Source: an uncultured Pelagibacteraceae bacterium
GTDB lineage: Bacteria > Pseudomonadota > Alphaproteobacteria > Pelagibacterales > Pelagibacteraceae
DNA: 64,000 bases
Reading direction: 5' to 3'
NCBI GenBank assembly: GCA_902580275.1
Contig: CACHJZ010000005.1
Span: 36,065 to 100,064, forward strand
Notes under the pieces: generated by a model
Database searches by the model: none
Told to the model about the DNA's origin: nothing
Seen by the model: only the letters and a program-made list of their open reading frames with translations
Made by a program: the position numbers and the translations under genes
Shown: positions 60,299 to 64,000 of the stretch, piece by piece
Numbering within the stretch: position 1 is the first letter of the stretch
Layout of the letters: each line of letters starts with the position of its first letter

Positions 60299-61568
60299 CT
60301 GGTTTGTATGGACCTTCTGGTTTTACACTTATGTAATCTGCTTGATCTTTTGATAAAGGTGTTAGTTTCGCTCCAACTTTTTCAAGGTGTAATCTAGCAA
60401 CTTTTTCGTCAAGATGTTTTGGTAAAACATAGACTTTCTTTTCATATTTTTCTGAATTGTTCCATAATTCTATTTGTGCAGTAACTTGATTTGTAAAAGA
60501 TGCACTCATTACAAAACTTGGATGGCCAGTTGCACATCCTAAATTTACCAATCTACCCTCTGCTAATAGAATTAATCTTTTGTTATCTGGAAAAGTAATT
60601 TCATGAACTTGTGGTTTAATCTCGTCCCATTTATAATTCTTTAAAGCCTCAACTTGTATTTCATTATCAAAGTGGCCAATATTACATAAAATTGATCTAT
60701 CTTTCATAGCTCTCATGTGGTCAGCGGTAACTATATCTTTATTACCTGTAGCTGTAACGACAATATCAGCTTGACCTATCATCTCATCCATAAGAACAAC
60801 TTCGTATCCTTCCATTGCAGCTTGTAGTGCACAAATTGGGTCTGTCTCTGTTATCATTACTCTTGCACCACTTTGTCTTAAAGATGCTGCACTTCCTTTA
60901 CCAACATCACCAAAGCCTGCAACGATCGCAACTTTTCCTGACATCATCACATCTGTAGCTCTCTTGATACCATCTACTAAACTTTCTCTACATCCATACA
61001 AGTTATCAAATTTTGATTTTGTAACTGAGTCATTTACATTTATAGCTGGCACCATCAGAGTTCCTTGCTCTTCCATTTTTTTGAGAGCTAAAACTCCAGT
61101 CGTTGTCTCTTCACTTAAACCTTTTATATCCTTTAATAATTCTTTATATTCTTTATGCATTAGAGCAGTTAAATCTCCACCATCATCTAATATCATATTA
61201 GGTTTCCAATCTTTTTTACCTTCAATAGTTTGTTTTACACACCACCAATACTCTTCTTCTGTTTCACCTTTCCAAGCAAATACTGGAATACCAGCTTTTG
61301 CAATAGCTGCAGCTGCGTGATCTTGTGTGGAGAATATATTACATGAGGACCATCTTACTTCGGCTCCAAGATCTACCAATGTTTCGATTAAAACTGCAGT
61401 TTGAATAGTCATATGAAGACAACCAAGAATTTTGGCACCTTTTAACGGAGATTTACCCTTATACTCTTTTCTCAGTGCCATTAAACCTGGCATCTCAGTC
61501 TCAGCTAAAGAAATTTCTTTTCTTCCAAATTCAGCTTGGGATATGTCTTTTACTTTATAATCTGGCAT
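60282..61568 (-). CDS. ahcY: Adenosylhomocysteinase
   Basis: [50 protein letters not shown]. Confidence 0.98.
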   Translation of the reverse strand: MPDYKVKDISQAEFGRKEISLAETEMPGLMALRKEYKGKSPLKGAKILGCLHMTIQTAVLIETLVDLGAEVRWSSCNIFSTQDHAAAAIAKAGIPVFAWKGETEEEYWWCVKQTIEGKKDWKPNMILDDGGDLTALMHKEYKELLKDIKGLSEETTTGVLALKKMEEQGTLMVPAINVNDSVTKSKFDNLYGCRESLVDGIKRATDVMMSGKVAIVAGFGDVGKGSAASLRQSGARVMITETDPICALQAAMEGYEVVLMDEMIGQADIVVTATGNKDIVTADHMRAMKDRSILCNIGHFDNEIQVEALKNYKWDEIKPQVHEITFPDNKRLILLAEGRLVNLGCATGHPSFVMSASFTNQVTAQIELWNNSEKYEKKVYVLPKHLDEKVARLHLEKVGAKLTPLSKDQADYISVKPEGPYKPDAYRY

Positions 61569-61613
61569 AAGAGCGATTTTGTAACAGTATAATTTTAAAT
61601 AATCAACTTTTCA

Positions 61614-63137
61614 TTACGCTGAGGGGAAAATAATTTCAATTTTTGCACCCTTTCCCTTAATTTTGTTACTAGCGCTAATTGTACCACCATGAAGATCAAT
61701 CAAATTTTTCACTATATTTAATCCAAGTCCAGAATGTTCTCCAAATTTTCCAGGTCTATTACTGTAAAATCTCTTAAATATTTTTTTTGTATCATTTTCC
61801 TTAAAACCAGATCCTTCATCTAAAACATCAAGCATCACTGAATTATTTTTTTTTGAAAGCTTTACTGTTATGTTTTTATTATCTTCGCTAAATGAAATAG
61901 AATTTTCAAGTAAATTTGCTAAAATTTGTTCAATTCTGTTTTCAATTCCCATAATCTCAATCTTGTTTCCATTATGATTTGAATTTAGAGAAATTTTTAT
62001 TCCTCTTTTGTTCATATATATACTATTAAAATCATCAACTACTGAGGTAACAATTGGTCTTAGATCAATTTTTTTCATCTGCTCTTTTGTAATTGCAACT
62101 TCATCTTTAAGCATTTGAGAATAATCAGTAATAAGTCTTTCTATACGTTCAACATCGTGACTTAAGATTTTAACAAGTTTATCTCTTTGGTTTTTATCAT
62201 CCGTTTCTGAAATAATCTCAGAAGCACTTTTAAGGGATGCAAGTGGATTTCGGATTTCATGAACAAGATCAGTGGAAAAATTTTCAGCACTATCTGCTCG
62301 TTTTTGAAGCTCATGAGTCATGTCATCTAATGAACTTGATAATACACCGAGCTCATCACCTCTTTTTTTTAAATTTTGTATATTTGTTTTTTTTTCACTT
62401 TTATCTTTAATAATTTTCGTATAATCGACAAGATTTTTAATTGGTTTTAAAAAATATCTATTTAATACAAAAGAAAAAACAAAAATAACTAATGTTACTA
62501 ATAGAGCCGTTCTAATAACAAAATTTTTTCTTTCGTCTATAGCTGTTTTTATATCGTTGGCACGTTCAGCTACTAAAATATAACCAACATTTTCATCGCC
62601 AATTATAAAATTTTTAAGAGTGTTCAATATGAATTGATCATAATATTCCTCTGTAAAAGTATACGGTTTTCCATACTCTTTTGAATTAAAATAATCTCTA
62701 GTAATATCACTTAAATTTTTCTGATCTTTTTTTTTATTATTGCTTGATGCTTTTTCAATATCTGTATCAATATTATCAAATTCTATTTGGTCAGTTCTTT
62801 GAGAAAAAGATCTTGGATCTAAGTCCAATGTATCGGTATCTGCAATAATGTTATATTCAGTATCGAGAAAAATTACTCTGTCTAAACTTTGAAATAAAAA
62901 TCCTGTTGAAAATAAAAATCTTCTTAAATCTTCTTTATTAAAATTTATTTTTAATCTTTTAATATGATCGGCTGTATTATTAATTACAGCTATATGATTT
63001 GAAGTTTTTTTGTATATTAAATTTGGCTTTGAAAAATTTAAATAAACAATTGTCAAGATTCCAATTACTATAAAAACAATAAGATTTATAAATAAAAATT
63101 TTTTTAAAATTGAGAAATTCTTTAATATAGAACCCAT
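61614..63137 (-). CDS. chvG: Sensor histidine kinase, ChvG/ExoS-like
   Basis: Two TMs plus HAMP, HEIRNPLAS, NLLENSISFS, DEGSG, FYSNRP, HSGLGL. Confidence 0.88.
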   Translation of the reverse strand: MGSILKNFSILKKFLFINLIVFIVIGILTIVYLNFSKPNLIYKKTSNHIAVINNTADHIKRLKINFNKEDLRRFLFSTGFLFQSLDRVIFLDTEYNIIADTDTLDLDPRSFSQRTDQIEFDNIDTDIEKASSNNKKKDQKNLSDITRDYFNSKEYGKPYTFTEEYYDQFILNTLKNFIIGDENVGYILVAERANDIKTAIDERKNFVIRTALLVTLVIFVFSFVLNRYFLKPIKNLVDYTKIIKDKSEKKTNIQNLKKRGDELGVLSSSLDDMTHELQKRADSAENFSTDLVHEIRNPLASLKSASEIISETDDKNQRDKLVKILSHDVERIERLITDYSQMLKDEVAITKEQMKKIDLRPIVTSVVDDFNSIYMNKRGIKISLNSNHNGNKIEIMGIENRIEQILANLLENSISFSEDNKNITVKLSKKNNSVMLDVLDEGSGFKENDTKKIFKRFYSNRPGKFGEHSGLGLNIVKNLIDLHGGTISASNKIKGKGAKIEIIFPSA

Positions 63138-63140
63138 TAA

Positions 63141-63842
63141 TTAACTTACATTCCATCTATAACCACTTCCATACCTCGTTTCGATAGCAGAGAAGTTTTG
63201 GTCTACTTTTTTAAATTTTTTTCTAATTCTTTTAACATGACTATCAATTGTTCTGTCCTCAATATCGGTATCTTCTCTATATGCAATGTCCATTAATTGG
63301 GATCTCTCTTTTATTATTCCCGGTCTTTTTGCAAGTTCTTGGACTATTAAAAATTCTGTAGTTGTAAGTTTATCTGGTAATTGCTTTCCATCCCATTCAC
63401 ATTCTAATTGTGAAGGATCAAGTTTTAATTTACCATGTGAGATTATATTTTTCGTCTCTTCAATAGGATTTAGATTTTTCTTCCTTAATTGAACCCTTAT
63501 TCTCTCAATTAATACTTTAATAGAAAAACCTCCAGACTTTTTTACAAAATCGTCAGCGCCTAATTTAAGTCCTAATAATTCATCAATTTCATCATCTTTT
63601 GAGGTTAGGAAAATTACAGGTAGGGTTGTTTTTTTTCTAAGTTTTTTTAATAACTCTTCACCATCCATTTTTGGCATCTTTATATCGATTATTGCTAAAT
63701 CTGGTGGTTGTCTTGTAAGACCAATCAAAGCGCTCTCACCATCTAAATAAGTTTGAACCTTAAAACCCTCTTTTTCTAGAGCAATACTAATACTAGTTAA
63801 AATATTTCTATCATCATCAATTAATGCAATAGTTTGTTTCAT
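63141..63842 (-). CDS. chvI: OmpR-family response regulator ChvI
   Basis: IALIDDDRNILTS, DIKMPKMDG, FLTSKDDEIDE, RTIDSHVKRIRKKF. Confidence 0.92.
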   Translation of the reverse strand: MKQTIALIDDDRNILTSISIALEKEGFKVQTYLDGESALIGLTRQPPDLAIIDIKMPKMDGEELLKKLRKKTTLPVIFLTSKDDEIDELLGLKLGADDFVKKSGGFSIKVLIERIRVQLRKKNLNPIEETKNIISHGKLKLDPSQLECEWDGKQLPDKLTTTEFLIVQELAKRPGIIKERSQLMDIAYREDTDIEDRTIDSHVKRIRKKFKKVDQNFSAIETRYGSGYRWNVS

Positions 63843-63904
63843 AAATATGTATCTACTTATACAAATACTAAATTGTCCTTAATTGGGCAAGGTTACCAAA
63901 AAAA

Positions 63905-64000
63905 CTAATGTAGTAACCCCCAATTTTCTCCACTATTAACATCTACTGTGAGAGGCGTTGAGAATGAATGAAGATCGCTATCCTTTACACTTGTCATTTC
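63905..64000 (-). CDS. polA: DNA polymerase I (C-terminal fragment, truncated by window edge)
   Basis: Minus frame reads EMTSVKDSDLHSFSTPLTVDVNSGENWGLLH*, matching the PolA terminal PL.VD...G.NW..H motif. Confidence 0.8.
   Translation of the reverse strand, partial: EMTSVKDSDLHSFSTPLTVDVNSGENWGLLH

Noticed and set aside
61569..61613. SAH or SAM-V riboswitch upstream of ahcY
   Set aside because: The region is only 45 bp and shows no consensus elements.

Overview
AT-rich, very gene-dense alphaproteobacterial chromosome segment. Gene content and order point to SAR11/Pelagibacterales; this is an inference from recognition, not a database result. It runs from the end of the F0 ATP synthase genes to the 3' end of polA. 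Contents in order: a retinal biosynthesis operon (crtI-crtB-crtY-blh) linked to ispH-thrB-rnhA; prx-thrC; a heme-copper oxidase locus; rsmE; HAD/DoxX/pirin/Qor genes; ubiA-msbA-waaA-lpxK-lpxL; purD, rsmD, pgi, lspA, ileS, ribF; groESL; cfa-like, DHDPS-like, GT9, ptrB and hsp20 genes; a purine permease with a PRTase; GT17, alkA, msrA, sseA; an RND pump; SLT/SNase/VanZ; gpmA; murU, tsaE-amgK, ahcY and chvGI. I saw no rRNA, tRNA, CRISPR array or mobile element. Most notable observations: (1) the oxidase is of the CoxMNOPQ type, with two subunit-III paralogues and a subunit IV, no ctaG or surf1 in the locus, a rearranged gene order, two unknown small membrane proteins and a RegA-like palindrome; (2) the RND periplasmic adaptor lacks its alpha-helical hairpin; (3) an RpoH promoter and ROSE-type RNA thermometer precede hsp20; (4) a candidate sRNA or 19-aa micropeptide ending in Pro-Pro-stop converges on groEL.
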